From contig NZ_CAKPXS010000002.1 of assembly GCF_934202235.1 (NCBI RefSeq), positions 1,173 through 65,172 on the forward strand: a DNA stretch of 64,000 nt. The letters are read 5' to 3'. The translations under genes were made by a program, and so were the position numbers. The notes below the pieces were generated by a model that was not told the DNA's origin, made no database searches, and was given only the letters and a program-made list of their open reading frames with translations. Shown here piece by piece: positions 26,801-35,631 of the stretch; the stretch's first letter is position 1; the number at the start of each line of letters is the position of its first letter. This stretch comes from an uncultured Limosilactobacillus sp. Its GTDB lineage: Bacteria; Bacillota; Bacilli; Lactobacillales; Lactobacillaceae.

Positions 26801-27949
26801 CATGACTATCACTACACTGGTCAGCCAATTGACTTGGGGACGACTACCGTTACTTACCGGACGAACGTGGCACAAAATAAGACGGTAACCCGCCACATTT
26901 ACTACCATGACGCTGTTACGGGTGAAAAGATCAGTGATGAACTGGCCAAGCAGGGTATTCACGCCAATGTCCCGGACATTACACAAACGGTTAACTACAC
27001 CCGGCTGGCAGTTTACGATAAGTTTGGTGTCTTTCTGGGTTACGCCCAGTTGGAAACTGGGACAAATGGCTTGGCTAAGAAGGATGCCAACGGTCAGCCA
27101 ATTGCCAAGAAAGGCGTTGATGGTCAACCACTAATCGCTGGTCAGGGTGCCAATGATGGCTGGGTACCATTCGGGTCCTTTGCTGAATACCCGGCTCAAG
27201 GTTCGCCAGACTTAACCCGTTACGGCTACAAGCAGGCACAGTCTTCGGACCAGGTAACTAACAAGGGTGACGCGGCAGAAGTCGCTACCCACACATCAAC
27301 ACCAGCACACGATGGTGATGACTTGAACGTTTACTACTTCCATGACCAGGAGGAAGTTGACGGGACCCACCCAGGGGTAGAGGCTGATCAGTTAACTAAG
27401 ACCTTTACCCGGACGATTGTCTACCGGGGGACGCGTGACCATGGCCAGTCCTACCAGGATGTCAACGGCTCACCAACGGGTACTCACCGCTATGTTCAGA
27501 CACTGACCTTTACCCGGAAGGCGATCATCGATAGCGTGACCCATAAAGTGTTGGGCTACACTAACTGGACAGCAGATCAGTCGTCCTTTGCCGCGGTCGA
27601 CTCACAAAGTCCGGTAGCAGTGGACTACCAGACAGTCGACCGACCGGAAGTGTCAGCACTGACTGTGGACCCTGATTCCGACCAGACCGACTTAGGAACC
27701 GTTATCGTAACCTACCAGGCAGAGCCGCAACCAACTACCGGTCATCCAGGTACTAACCAGCTAGGTAGTTCAACTGGCAAGGAAACTGACGACACGACTT
27801 CGCTTACCCAGCAACGGACTGGTAAGAAACAGTCGTCAGATGCCCAGAAGTTGCCACAAACGGGTAATGACCGTTCGGCAGTGCTGGCATGTTTAGGACT
27901 ATTCGGACTGTTATTGGGCTTCGGTTGGGGCCAGAAGAAGCAGGACTAG
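23846..27949 (+). CDS. LPXTG-anchored surface adhesin (1,367 aa) with a YSIRK-type signal peptide and MucBP-like and other repeats
   Basis: GTG start after RBS GGGAGGA. GKNNLQIV...FGLRKLGVGVASVMLGV is the signal peptide. MucBP-like units are present (e.g. IEIQFVDQDRNQVLKK..., VTVNYINLLTGKK...). LPQTGNDRS, a hydrophobic stretch and QKKQD-stop follow. Confidence 0.9.
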   Translation: MGKNNLQIVRRKTVSQRQRFGLRKLGVGVASVMLGVTFFAGQGLVAHADSNTTTDQATVAANSSVLTQSGTSDKTSHQGGTTAQTDQEVSAKSTGGGIVGLTRSTSTVENSSTATAPAISTTGDHRISSAPNTSSTNDQATASALVHDEAKLTLNFKDNVNPDNHFAAVTISGQLGKDVADQLIQAIRQKEAQHYVYDGDDGKLFYYDYGDKCAALNKSEVTLNQAHQTVTISLGHHYKWVYHNQPTNQPGLTKDDLNHTYMQTINYVYPDSSQNKTVVNTLTAYRSAKVDETTGEISYDKWTYTDYKNEWPEIVLPSASGKAYLDPAGWHYYDPDNYSPTKVRYEPVWYEDENADGQKILRGRKCDGHDVTINAYLGNITYHLKYVNALTGQTLAVPTKHKDDVTDGRGNYDVQFGLNAAETTIGQFQSSQLNGPFIASIPGYKFVEGDLTGTDIKGDYNVLKDQQIGSTDRTLVLKYAPLSPIEIQFVDQDRNQVLKKITMPTTDALPGTVGDAEKIGPYNYETHQLDDIPGYEYTGKHSANVDGFVGQIQTKDSKNPIVVKYYYQEIPGQSKVAEYTRKSLEVPYLDDSWVPTLNERYDGDPIDYTGVDQGVKDHSEKTGFEFIGALNSKDGRYSSKTKTILTYVFTPRQKVTVNYINLLTGKKMTEANGADSTVMLTPTAADDNHDWQWTSDQKAFAGYHFVSVDRSTSGKYGFLEQEVNYYYLPVAKQETDQKTAKRIIHFVTNRPQHESLQDNQTQVINYTTTYYTYNGKLVNVKAVQQDGKTIYVVDPANQETPQKVWHVATGGNQGVVVSGDGDSYQQVQQDQVDVTGGALKGHWVIEKAAQETVDGPVITTNDAPQEQISSDIANGTVENVYLIYDLTNSHDEQMTFTRQVNYRGTKDGGQSYQDVNGSPDGKSHYQQTLTFTRHVVQNSRNEVISTSEWVPQTSNELATVVSQRPSQVGYDMVDVDRVDAKTINPHDYHYTGQPIDLGTTTVTYRTNVAQNKTVTRHIYYHDAVTGEKISDELAKQGIHANVPDITQTVNYTRLAVYDKFGVFLGYAQLETGTNGLAKKDANGQPIAKKGVDGQPLIAGQGANDGWVPFGSFAEYPAQGSPDLTRYGYKQAQSSDQVTNKGDAAEVATHTSTPAHDGDDLNVYYFHDQEEVDGTHPGVEADQLTKTFTRTIVYRGTRDHGQSYQDVNGSPTGTHRYVQTLTFTRKAIIDSVTHKVLGYTNWTADQSSFAAVDSQSPVAVDYQTVDRPEVSALTVDPDSDQTDLGTVIVTYQAEPQPTTGHPGTNQLGSSTGKETDDTTSLTQQRTGKKQSSDAQKLPQTGNDRSAVLACLGLFGLLLGFGWGQKKQD

Positions 27950-27989
27950 GCTGTAAGTTAACTTTCGCAGTGACAATTAATAATTAGCG

Positions 27990-28032
27990 AAGACCATGAT
28001 GGCAGTCGTGAACCCCATCATGGTCTTTTTTT
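27990..28032 (+). terminator. Intrinsic terminator
   Basis: Perfect 13-bp stem aagaccatgatgg / ccatcatggtctt followed by a T-run. Confidence 0.8.
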
Positions 28033-28117
28033 GTTCGAAAAATTCTAAGACACCATTTAATATTTGTGTTAATATAAGACAAATAAAAAATGTGTCGCAT
28101 TATGAAAGGAGATTGTG

Positions 28118-28672
28118 ATGGGATTAACACGTACCGAGCGCGACTTCCAAGTCGCCCTGTTGAAGTTACTGGCTAACCAGTCATTTTTATCGTTGACGGT
28201 GGATCAGATTTGCCAGGAAGCAATGATGCACCGTAGTAGTTTTTACCGCTACTTTAATGACAAATACGACTTATTGAAGCACACGGTAAACCAGCAGATA
28301 ACGGTGCTGATTGACCAGGGGAATGATGAAATTACCAACGTTGTGGCGTGGCTGGAGCAGCATAAAACGCTGCTGCGCAATTTAGCTACTGGCAAGAATA
28401 ATAGTTCCTTGTACGCCACTCTGGTGAACCTGCTTGCGGATATCATTTTGGACCGCTACGAGCGAAAAGTGGATGACCGCCTGGTACAGTCAATCGCCAA
28501 GTTTCCTAACCAGGAAACGGCGGCTTACATGTTGAGTGCCAGCATTGTCGGGGCATTTTATTGGTGGCGTAGTCAAGATTATGCGGTTGACCAGCAGACG
28601 ATCCTTCACAACGCAAATCAATTTGTAAACTGGTTGGCTGATCAACCATCATTAGGAGGGAAACGTGAATGA
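28118..28672 (+). CDS. TetR-family transcriptional regulator
   Basis: HTH TVDQICQEAMMHRSSFYRYFNDKYDLL. RBS AAAGGAG lies 6 nt before ATG 28118. The stop overlaps the next start (ATGA). Confidence 0.85.
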   Translation: MGLTRTERDFQVALLKLLANQSFLSLTVDQICQEAMMHRSSFYRYFNDKYDLLKHTVNQQITVLIDQGNDEITNVVAWLEQHKTLLRNLATGKNNSSLYATLVNLLADIILDRYERKVDDRLVQSIAKFPNQETAAYMLSASIVGAFYWWRSQDYAVDQQTILHNANQFVNWLADQPSLGGKRE

Positions 28673-31230
28673 AACGATTAAAGGCTTTTTTGATCCGGCC
28701 ATCATGGGCGGTGGCTGTCATGATCATTGTCGCGGTTGCCGCGCCACTGATGTACAGCTTGTCCTTTATTAAATCAGTGTGGAATCCAACTGCTTACACT
28801 GGTCGACTACCAGTAGCAGTGGTCAATAATGACCGGCCAGTCCACTACCAGGGACAAACCCTCAATGTTGGCAGGCAGACGGTCCAGCAACTGAAACACA
28901 ATCACCAGCTGGACTGGCAATTTGTCAATAATCATCAAGCTAAAAAAGGAATGGCAAATCACCAGTACTATACGGTGATTACCATTCCCGATAGTTTTTC
29001 CCATAATGCTGCGACAGTTCTGCAAAAGCACCCGCGGCCTATGGTCCTGCGTTACCAAACGAATGATTCGCAAAACTACCTGGCGGCCACGATTAGCGAA
29101 ACCGGGATGACGCACCTAAATACGCAGGTTCGGGCGGCAGTGACTAAGGCCTACGCGGCAGCACTTTTTCAGAACTTAAGCCGCTTAGACCGTGGGATGG
29201 ATACTGCTGCCAGTGGTGCCCACCAGTTCAGTAGTGGGCTAGTGACGATGGCTAGTGGGACTAAGCGTTATGTTGTCGGCGTTTCACAGGTCAATGCCGG
29301 AGTGCAAACCTTGCAAACAAAAGTAACGTCGCTGCCTAATGCCACCCAACAATTGTCACATGGAGGTTGGCAACTGGCTGGCGGCTTACAGCAATATGCT
29401 GGTGGTGTTGGTCAGCTGTCACGGGGCTTGCAAGAACTAGCAAATCATTCAGGGCAGCTGACGGGTGGTACTGGGCGATTAGTAACCGGGTTGACGACCC
29501 TCAGTGGGCACTCCAATTCACTGCGTCAGGGTGCTCATCAGCTAAGTGCCGGAACGACTCAGCTGAATGGCGCCACCTCCCGCTCGCTGCGTCAGCTCAA
29601 CATGCAGCCGATGATGTCGGCGATGAACCAGGCACAGCAACTCCAGGGAAGACTTGCATACTTGAAAACAGGGCTAGATCAGGCACAGGCGGCGTTAGGA
29701 ACCACTACAGCTAGTGCGCGACAAATCCAGGGCACCGCTAACCAGTTAACGAAGGCGGCTGACCAACTGGGCCGGCTCAAGACGGTTGCCCAAAATGACG
29801 CGGGGATTGCCGCTCATGACAGCCAAGCAGCGAGAACAGCTGCCCAGTTAGCGCAGAGAACGACGGATCCGGCGGTGAAAGCGGAACTAGCGCAGGTGGC
29901 TGCAACGACGGGGCAGAGTGCCCAGCAAGCGGCAGAGAATGCACTGACAATCCAGCAACTTTCCCCGGTGATGAACAATTTAGGCCAGTTGCAGGGGTCG
30001 TTGACTTCAATGCAACACCAGTTAAACCAACTATCTTCCCTGCAGACCGTGCTGTCATCGGCCCAGACAACAATCAGCCAGGCTGACCAACTGTTGACGA
30101 CCCTGAATGGTTACCAAGGACAGCTGGGGACGATGTCGGAAAATGCCCAACAACTGGCGCAAGCTACTAAGCGAATTTCGGCAGGGGCGTCAGCGTTAGA
30201 TGGTGGCCTTGCTCGTTATAGTCAGAGTGTTGACCAGGCGGCGGCAGGTGCTCACCAGCTTCACCAAGGATTGAATGGCTACGTAGCAGGAGTTCAACAG
30301 GCTAATACCGGAGCTACCCAGTTAGCAGGTGCCTCAACACCGCTAACAACGGGCGGCTTGAAGCTGGCCACTGGCCTCAACCAGTTAGCCCAGCAAGCAC
30401 CACAATTCACTGCTGGTGTGGGTCGACTGGCGTACGGTACCCAGCAACTGACTGCTAATTCGTTGCCGTTGCTACAGGGAATTAACCTCTTGAGTCGGGG
30501 TGTTAACCGCCTGGCCGTCGGGTTGGCGAATGGTCAGCACCAGCTACACCAGCACCAGCCACACCGGCAAAGTGCGGAAATGTTTGCTTCGCCGACACGG
30601 CTTCAGCATGGCCACTACAGCCAAGTCCCTAACTATGGTCATGCGATGGCACCGTTTATGATGGCTACCGGCTTGTTTATTGGGGTCCTCATTTTTACTC
30701 TTGCCTTGCCATCCAGCCGGATTTTGGCAACCAATCGTCGCCGTTGCGCAATGATTATTCATGAGTTATTACTAGCATTAACCGCGGCATTATTGATGGT
30801 GATTATCCAAAGTGCTGGACTGGTAATGGCAGGCTTGCAGGTCCAACACCCCGGACAGTTACTAGTAGTGGGGATGGTTTATACTTTGGCGCAACTGGCT
30901 ATTATGCAGGCGCTCACGATTATAATGGGCCGCTTTGGAACGGTCTTGGGATTGGTATTATTCGTCGCCCAACTCGGTGGCGCTGGCGGGATGTTCCCTA
31001 TGGAATTGACCAATCACTTCTTCAACTTTATTCATCCCTGGTTGCCAATGACCTATGGGATCAACGGCTTCCGCCAGGCCTTAACCGGTGGCTTTAACCA
31101 GGCTTACTTGATCCAGAATGTTGTTATGCTGCTGCTGTTTGCCGGTGTAGCTTACGCGTTGATGTTGGTGGTGGCAGCACCGTTGAAACGGCGAGTTACT
31201 AACCGGCAACCAGTGGAAAGCTTGAACTAA
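28669..31230 (+). CDS. YhgE/Pip-domain membrane protein (phage-infection-protein family)
   Basis: 853 aa. N-terminal TM segment plus SFIKSVWNPTAYTGRLPVAVVNND. A long Q/A/G/L-rich coiled-coil middle region. C-terminal 5-6 TM bundle. This is the typical Pip architecture. Confidence 0.85.
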   Translation: MKRLKAFLIRPSWAVAVMIIVAVAAPLMYSLSFIKSVWNPTAYTGRLPVAVVNNDRPVHYQGQTLNVGRQTVQQLKHNHQLDWQFVNNHQAKKGMANHQYYTVITIPDSFSHNAATVLQKHPRPMVLRYQTNDSQNYLAATISETGMTHLNTQVRAAVTKAYAAALFQNLSRLDRGMDTAASGAHQFSSGLVTMASGTKRYVVGVSQVNAGVQTLQTKVTSLPNATQQLSHGGWQLAGGLQQYAGGVGQLSRGLQELANHSGQLTGGTGRLVTGLTTLSGHSNSLRQGAHQLSAGTTQLNGATSRSLRQLNMQPMMSAMNQAQQLQGRLAYLKTGLDQAQAALGTTTASARQIQGTANQLTKAADQLGRLKTVAQNDAGIAAHDSQAARTAAQLAQRTTDPAVKAELAQVAATTGQSAQQAAENALTIQQLSPVMNNLGQLQGSLTSMQHQLNQLSSLQTVLSSAQTTISQADQLLTTLNGYQGQLGTMSENAQQLAQATKRISAGASALDGGLARYSQSVDQAAAGAHQLHQGLNGYVAGVQQANTGATQLAGASTPLTTGGLKLATGLNQLAQQAPQFTAGVGRLAYGTQQLTANSLPLLQGINLLSRGVNRLAVGLANGQHQLHQHQPHRQSAEMFASPTRLQHGHYSQVPNYGHAMAPFMMATGLFIGVLIFTLALPSSRILATNRRRCAMIIHELLLALTAALLMVIIQSAGLVMAGLQVQHPGQLLVVGMVYTLAQLAIMQALTIIMGRFGTVLGLVLFVAQLGGAGGMFPMELTNHFFNFIHPWLPMTYGINGFRQALTGGFNQAYLIQNVVMLLLFAGVAYALMLVVAAPLKRRVTNRQPVESLN

Positions 31231-31286
31231 TTAAAAAGCTGCTAGCCTGAGAAACCAGGTTAGCGGTTTTACTATGGAGCGATTTT

Positions 31287-32051
31287 TTAGTGCTGCGACA
31301 TCTTACGTCGCTGGTGATAAAGGCAGGTAATCCAGGCGGTGATCGGCACCGTCAACAGGACCCCTAAAAAGGAAATGAGGATTTCGACTAGTTCGCCGAC
31401 CATGATTTGGTTATTGAAGATCATTGCCCAGGAATAATGAAGGCTGGCAAACCAGGTAAATAATGACAATAATCCACCAAAGAAGCCAAAAAACAGGGTG
31501 TTGATGGTCGTCCCGATAATTTGGTGACCAATGTGCATCCCCGCAGTAAACAAGCGCCGAAACGGCAAGGCGGTGTGTTTGGATGCCACTTCGTCAATTC
31601 CACTACTAATGGCAATTGCTGCTTCCGCGACGGCGCCAAGGCTGCAAAGGGTCGTCGTGGCGATGCTGATGTGGAGATAGTTGACACCGATCATGGTCGA
31701 CATCCCCTGAAGGTCGTCACTGTCTTCGATGCTAAAGCCGTAGGTCATGGCAAAGTGGACGGTAATTACGACAGTAACCATGGTAATGGCGGTCACTAGT
31801 AAGGCGGCACCAAACGCCGGAAGAGTGGCACTAGTCTGATCCGCCCCCAGAAAAATGGTAATTGCGAGAATGAGGACGCTGAAGATGACGGTTAATAACA
31901 GTGGTGGGAAATGCCAGATAATTAAAGTGATAAATAAGAAGAGTGCCAAGAAGTTTAACCAGATACTGACAAAGGCTAGCCACCCTTGCTGGCGGCCCAC
32001 CGCGACCATGATCACTAACAGCACCAGGCTTAAGAGACTAATACTACTCAT
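31287..32051 (-). CDS. YibE/F-family integral membrane protein (short paralog)
   Basis: 254 aa, about 7 TM segments. The start overlaps the upstream gene by 8 nt. Family call is from memory of the paired YibE/F genes in lactobacilli. Confidence 0.7.
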   Translation of the reverse strand: MSSISLLSLVLLVIMVAVGRQQGWLAFVSIWLNFLALFLFITLIIWHFPPLLLTVIFSVLILAITIFLGADQTSATLPAFGAALLVTAITMVTVVITVHFAMTYGFSIEDSDDLQGMSTMIGVNYLHISIATTTLCSLGAVAEAAIAISSGIDEVASKHTALPFRRLFTAGMHIGHQIIGTTINTLFFGFFGGLLSLFTWFASLHYSWAMIFNNQIMVGELVEILISFLGVLLTVPITAWITCLYHQRRKMSQH

Positions 32052-33168
32052 GTTGACCGCTCCTTCCTAAGAGCAGGGCACCAAAGCCGCTGACTAAGGG
32101 AACCACCAGGCTAATCCCGATACCACTAATCAGGCTTTGGACCATGCCGAGACTCATGTTCATGTTAAAGGTGTAGCCCCAGCCATTGCCGTTCTTTAAG
32201 TAAAGGACGCTGGAAGCAAAAGTACCTGCCATAAAAATTAAGAAGAGCACGTTGATTAGCGGCCCCATAATTTCCTTGCCCACGTTTTGGCCGGCAGCAA
32301 ATAGTTGGCGACGGCTAATGTGAGGGTTTAACTGGCGTAATTCAAAGAGGGTGGCGATAATGTCGCTGCATTCGTCCATCACGGCCCCTAGCGAACCGAG
32401 CATTAGTTCGGCGATAAACAGTGTTTTGGGCACCTGGGTGACGTACTGCATCGATTCATAGAAGACGCCGCGGTTGCCCGTCAGCTGAAGAATCAGTTCC
32501 CCCAGGAGAACGGAAGTCGCGACGCCAATTAACGTTGCCAGGAGAGTAGCCAACATTTTCTTATTCCAACCGAGAATAATGATCAGGCTGGTGGCCGCAA
32601 ACAGGATTGTTAACCCGGCAAAAATAACCAGTACCCAGGAATCAACGACCCGTTGGTCTAAGTAAATGGCAAAGATAAATAGGGCGGTATTAATAGCTAC
32701 GCTGAAGAGAGCCTTGAGGCCGTTGGACCCCATCAGCAAAACCAACATGGTTACTACTAGCCAGGCTAAAAAAGCAATGGTGACATCACGTTTGACGCCG
32801 CTAATAGTGCCCGCCAGCTGATGACCGTGACGATGAACCTGCGAAACAAAAAGTTGGTTGCCAGGGTGAAAACGAAAATCAGTAGTGTAGGAGTGACTGT
32901 AACTATTATTAAGGACAATCGTTTCACCTTGGTGGCGACCATTCATCATTTTGGCAGTAATACGTTGGTGGGTTAGTTCATCTTTGTTTTGCAAGCCATC
33001 AACTTGTGGTTGCGGTTGGCCGTTACTGACACGGGTCACCTTCGCAATAGACCGGTGGTAAAAATGTTGGTTGTGGGTGACACCGACCATTAAGACCAGG
33101 CCAAGCAGTCCTAAAATGATTAGTTTGAGCCAGGTGGCTGGTCGAATGTGAAAATGCCAGCGATCCAT
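32044..33168 (-). CDS. YibE/F-family integral membrane protein (long paralog with an N-terminal extracytoplasmic domain)
   Basis: 374 aa. One TM segment, an about 100-aa loop, then 7 TM segments. Only 29 nt downstream of the ABC permease gene, with no hairpin between. Confidence 0.7.
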   Translation of the reverse strand: MDRWHFHIRPATWLKLIILGLLGLVLMVGVTHNQHFYHRSIAKVTRVSNGQPQPQVDGLQNKDELTHQRITAKMMNGRHQGETIVLNNSYSHSYTTDFRFHPGNQLFVSQVHRHGHQLAGTISGVKRDVTIAFLAWLVVTMLVLLMGSNGLKALFSVAINTALFIFAIYLDQRVVDSWVLVIFAGLTILFAATSLIIILGWNKKMLATLLATLIGVATSVLLGELILQLTGNRGVFYESMQYVTQVPKTLFIAELMLGSLGAVMDECSDIIATLFELRQLNPHISRRQLFAAGQNVGKEIMGPLINVLFLIFMAGTFASSVLYLKNGNGWGYTFNMNMSLGMVQSLISGIGISLVVPLVSGFGALLLGRSGQHE

Positions 33169-33197
33169 TTTCTTTCACTTCCTCTTGTCAATTATTT

Positions 33198-33998
33198 CTA
33201 TCTTAGACTTTTTTGGAATTTTTGGTAGAGGAGGGCAGCAAAATAAATAGTCACTTCAATCGCCGATACGAAGAAACTGACTGGCCAATCGGTGTAGTAA
33301 GCGAGGGTCAGACCAGAATAAGTGCCAATCAGGCAAAAGATAATCGATAGCGTCATTATTTTGCCAATGCTGTGGGTGAAGTACTGGGCACTAGCTGCTG
33401 GCAGTGTTAACAAGATAAAGATCAATAAGGAACCGACAATTTGTGAAGCAACGCTGACACTGATAGCTAACAAGAGGAGGAAGAGGAGCGAGATGATGGT
33501 GGTATTGACTCCCGCTGCGGTTGCGCCGACGTGGTCAAAGGAATCGAACTTCAGTGGTTTAAAGATGAGGGCGGTGATAATTACCACGACGATCGACAGG
33601 ATAATCAGTGAATGAACTTCGGCTTGGCTAATACCAACGATGCTCCCAAAGAGGATGCTTGTGGCAGAATTAGACATCTTGTTACTTAGTGACAAAAAGA
33701 GAATCCCAAGGCCAAAGCACAGGCCGGAGACGGCGGTGGTGATTGTTTCACGCCGTGATTGGTTGACACTTAACCGTCCAACCACGAGTGAACTGGCCAG
33801 GGTGAAGAGTAACATCCCGTTTAACAGTGGCCAGCCAGCAAAAACGGCGAAGGCGCCGCCGGCAAAGCCAATTTCTGAGAGGGTATGGGTAAGGAAGGAC
33901 ATTTCGCGAGCAACGATAAAAACGCCAATCATCCCGCTGGTGATGGCAATGAAGGTGCTGGCCACGAAGGCGTAGCGCATAAAGTCTAGGTCAAACAT
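33198..33998 (-). CDS. Metal (Zn/Mn-type) ABC transporter permease
   Basis: 266 aa and very hydrophobic, with ZnuB/MntB-like topology. The start overlaps the ATPase stop by 1 nt (TAATG). Confidence 0.85.
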   Translation of the reverse strand: MFDLDFMRYAFVASTFIAITSGMIGVFIVAREMSFLTHTLSEIGFAGGAFAVFAGWPLLNGMLLFTLASSLVVGRLSVNQSRRETITTAVSGLCFGLGILFLSLSNKMSNSATSILFGSIVGISQAEVHSLIILSIVVVIITALIFKPLKFDSFDHVGATAAGVNTTIISLLFLLLLAISVSVASQIVGSLLIFILLTLPAASAQYFTHSIGKIMTLSIIFCLIGTYSGLTLAYYTDWPVSFFVSAIEVTIYFAALLYQKFQKSLR

Positions 33999-34666
33999 TA
34001 ATGAACCTCCTTGAATTCTGGAAAGTCACTCAGCACCCCTTCGTGGTAACCGGGGCGGGTCATTTTAAGAAAACGCGTACCATAGCGCTTAGCCAGCGGT
34101 AGGTCATGGGTAACGAAGAGAACGGTGAGCCCCTGTTTTTGCAATTTAGCAACGAGGTCTAGTAGTTCATATTTCATGGTATTATCCAAGCTGGCAGTAG
34201 CCTCGTCCAAAATTAGTAGACGTGGCCGGTTGACCAGTGCCTGGGCAAGGTAGGCCCGTTGTTTTTCGCCACCAGAAGCCAGTCCCAGTGGTCGGCGGCT
34301 AATCTCCTGCAGGTTGGTTTCGGTTAAGGCCTGTTGGATGTGCTGCTTTTCGCGCCTGGTTTGCCAGGGAATGTAACTGTCATTATAATTGAGGGCCACA
34401 AATTCACGGATGGCCAGCGGGTATTCGCTATCCAGGTTGCGAAACTGCGGGACGTAGCCAATTTGGCGGTTGCTGGGGCGGGTAATTTCTCCACCCTGGG
34501 GATGAAGGCTCCCGAGCAGCGTTCGGATGAGGGTGGTTTTACCGACCCCGTTATCGCCAAAAACAATAAAAAAGTCTCCTGCCATGATTTGACAGTCAAG
34601 AGACTTAATTACTGAGTGTTCACCGAACGCCACCGTTAAGTTGTTAATGTTAACTAGTGGCTTCAT
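33998..34666 (-). CDS. Metal ABC transporter ATP-binding protein
   Basis: Walker A GDNGVGKTT, signature ASGGEKQRA, Walker B LLILDEA. Confidence 0.9.
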   Translation of the reverse strand: MKPLVNINNLTVAFGEHSVIKSLDCQIMAGDFFIVFGDNGVGKTTLIRTLLGSLHPQGGEITRPSNRQIGYVPQFRNLDSEYPLAIREFVALNYNDSYIPWQTRREKQHIQQALTETNLQEISRRPLGLASGGEKQRAYLAQALVNRPRLLILDEATASLDNTMKYELLDLVAKLQKQGLTVLFVTHDLPLAKRYGTRFLKMTRPGYHEGVLSDFPEFKEVH

Positions 34667-34682
34667 GAAAAGCGCTCCTTAC

Positions 34683-35597
34683 TTATTTGTTTTCCTGTTG
34701 CTGAATCTTGGCTAACTGGTCGTACTGGCTCATCATCCATTCAGAGTAAGTCTTGCCGTGCGGCTTTGATTCAGTCACCTTTAAAATAGGGGTGTGGTGC
34801 TTTTTCGCGTATTTAACAAGGTTGTTGACCACTTTATCACTCGTTTGTGAGTTTTCAACGAAGAAGGCCAGTTGGTGGTTCTTCATTTCATTCTTGATGT
34901 TGCGGATATCCTTTGGTGAAGGATCGGTTTCGTCTTCAATGGCCTTTTCAAAGTGCTTGTCAGCGACCTGGTAGCCAGTTGCAGAGAGGGCGTAGTCAAA
35001 AACTGGTTCGCTAACTGCCACCTTGTTGCGCTGCGGGTTAACGTTCTTTTTGATCTGCTGAACCTTTTCATCAATTGGTTGAAGAGATTGAGCATACTTT
35101 TGAGCGTTTTGGTGGTAGTAGTCGGCGTGAGCCGGGTCCAGCTTGCTGTACTTATCAGCTAGCTTGTTAGCCAGTGCTGGCATGGTAGCCGGCCGGTACC
35201 AAACGTGTTCGTTATCGCCAACCTTCTTGTGGGCGACACTCTTGCCGACATTAACTACCTGCAGGTCCTTGTGGTGGTTGTTGCGGGCCAATTTTTTCAG
35301 CCACGGGTCGTAGTCAAGGCCGTTTTCGATGACGACGTTCGCCTTGGCAACTTGGCGGGCCTGCTTCGTTCCCGGATGATAATTGTGGGGGTCAATTGAA
35401 GTGCTATTGATAATTGAGGTTACGTGACCATACTTCCCAGCGACTTGACTAGCAGCCTCACCATAGAAATCTAGGCTGGTGACAACCTGGATCGGTTTGC
35501 TGCTAGCTGCCAGGACGTGGTGGTTAGTGAGCGGGATCAGGGCAATCATTGCTGCAAGAATAACTCCGCAGCTAACTTTAAACAGACGTTTGAGCAT
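34683..35597 (-). CDS. Metal ABC transporter substrate-binding protein (cluster A-I, ZnuA/AdcA/MntC-like)
   Basis: 304 aa with a signal peptide. Contains VVTSLDFYGE, DPHNYHP, NGLDYDPW and EHVW, which are metal-ligand motifs of this SBP family. Confidence 0.85.
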   Translation of the reverse strand: MLKRLFKVSCGVILAAMIALIPLTNHHVLAASSKPIQVVTSLDFYGEAASQVAGKYGHVTSIINSTSIDPHNYHPGTKQARQVAKANVVIENGLDYDPWLKKLARNNHHKDLQVVNVGKSVAHKKVGDNEHVWYRPATMPALANKLADKYSKLDPAHADYYHQNAQKYAQSLQPIDEKVQQIKKNVNPQRNKVAVSEPVFDYALSATGYQVADKHFEKAIEDETDPSPKDIRNIKNEMKNHQLAFFVENSQTSDKVVNNLVKYAKKHHTPILKVTESKPHGKTYSEWMMSQYDQLAKIQQQENK

Positions 35598-35631
35598 AGC
35601 GTTTCCTTCTTTCTGGTGACTTCTGTCATCG

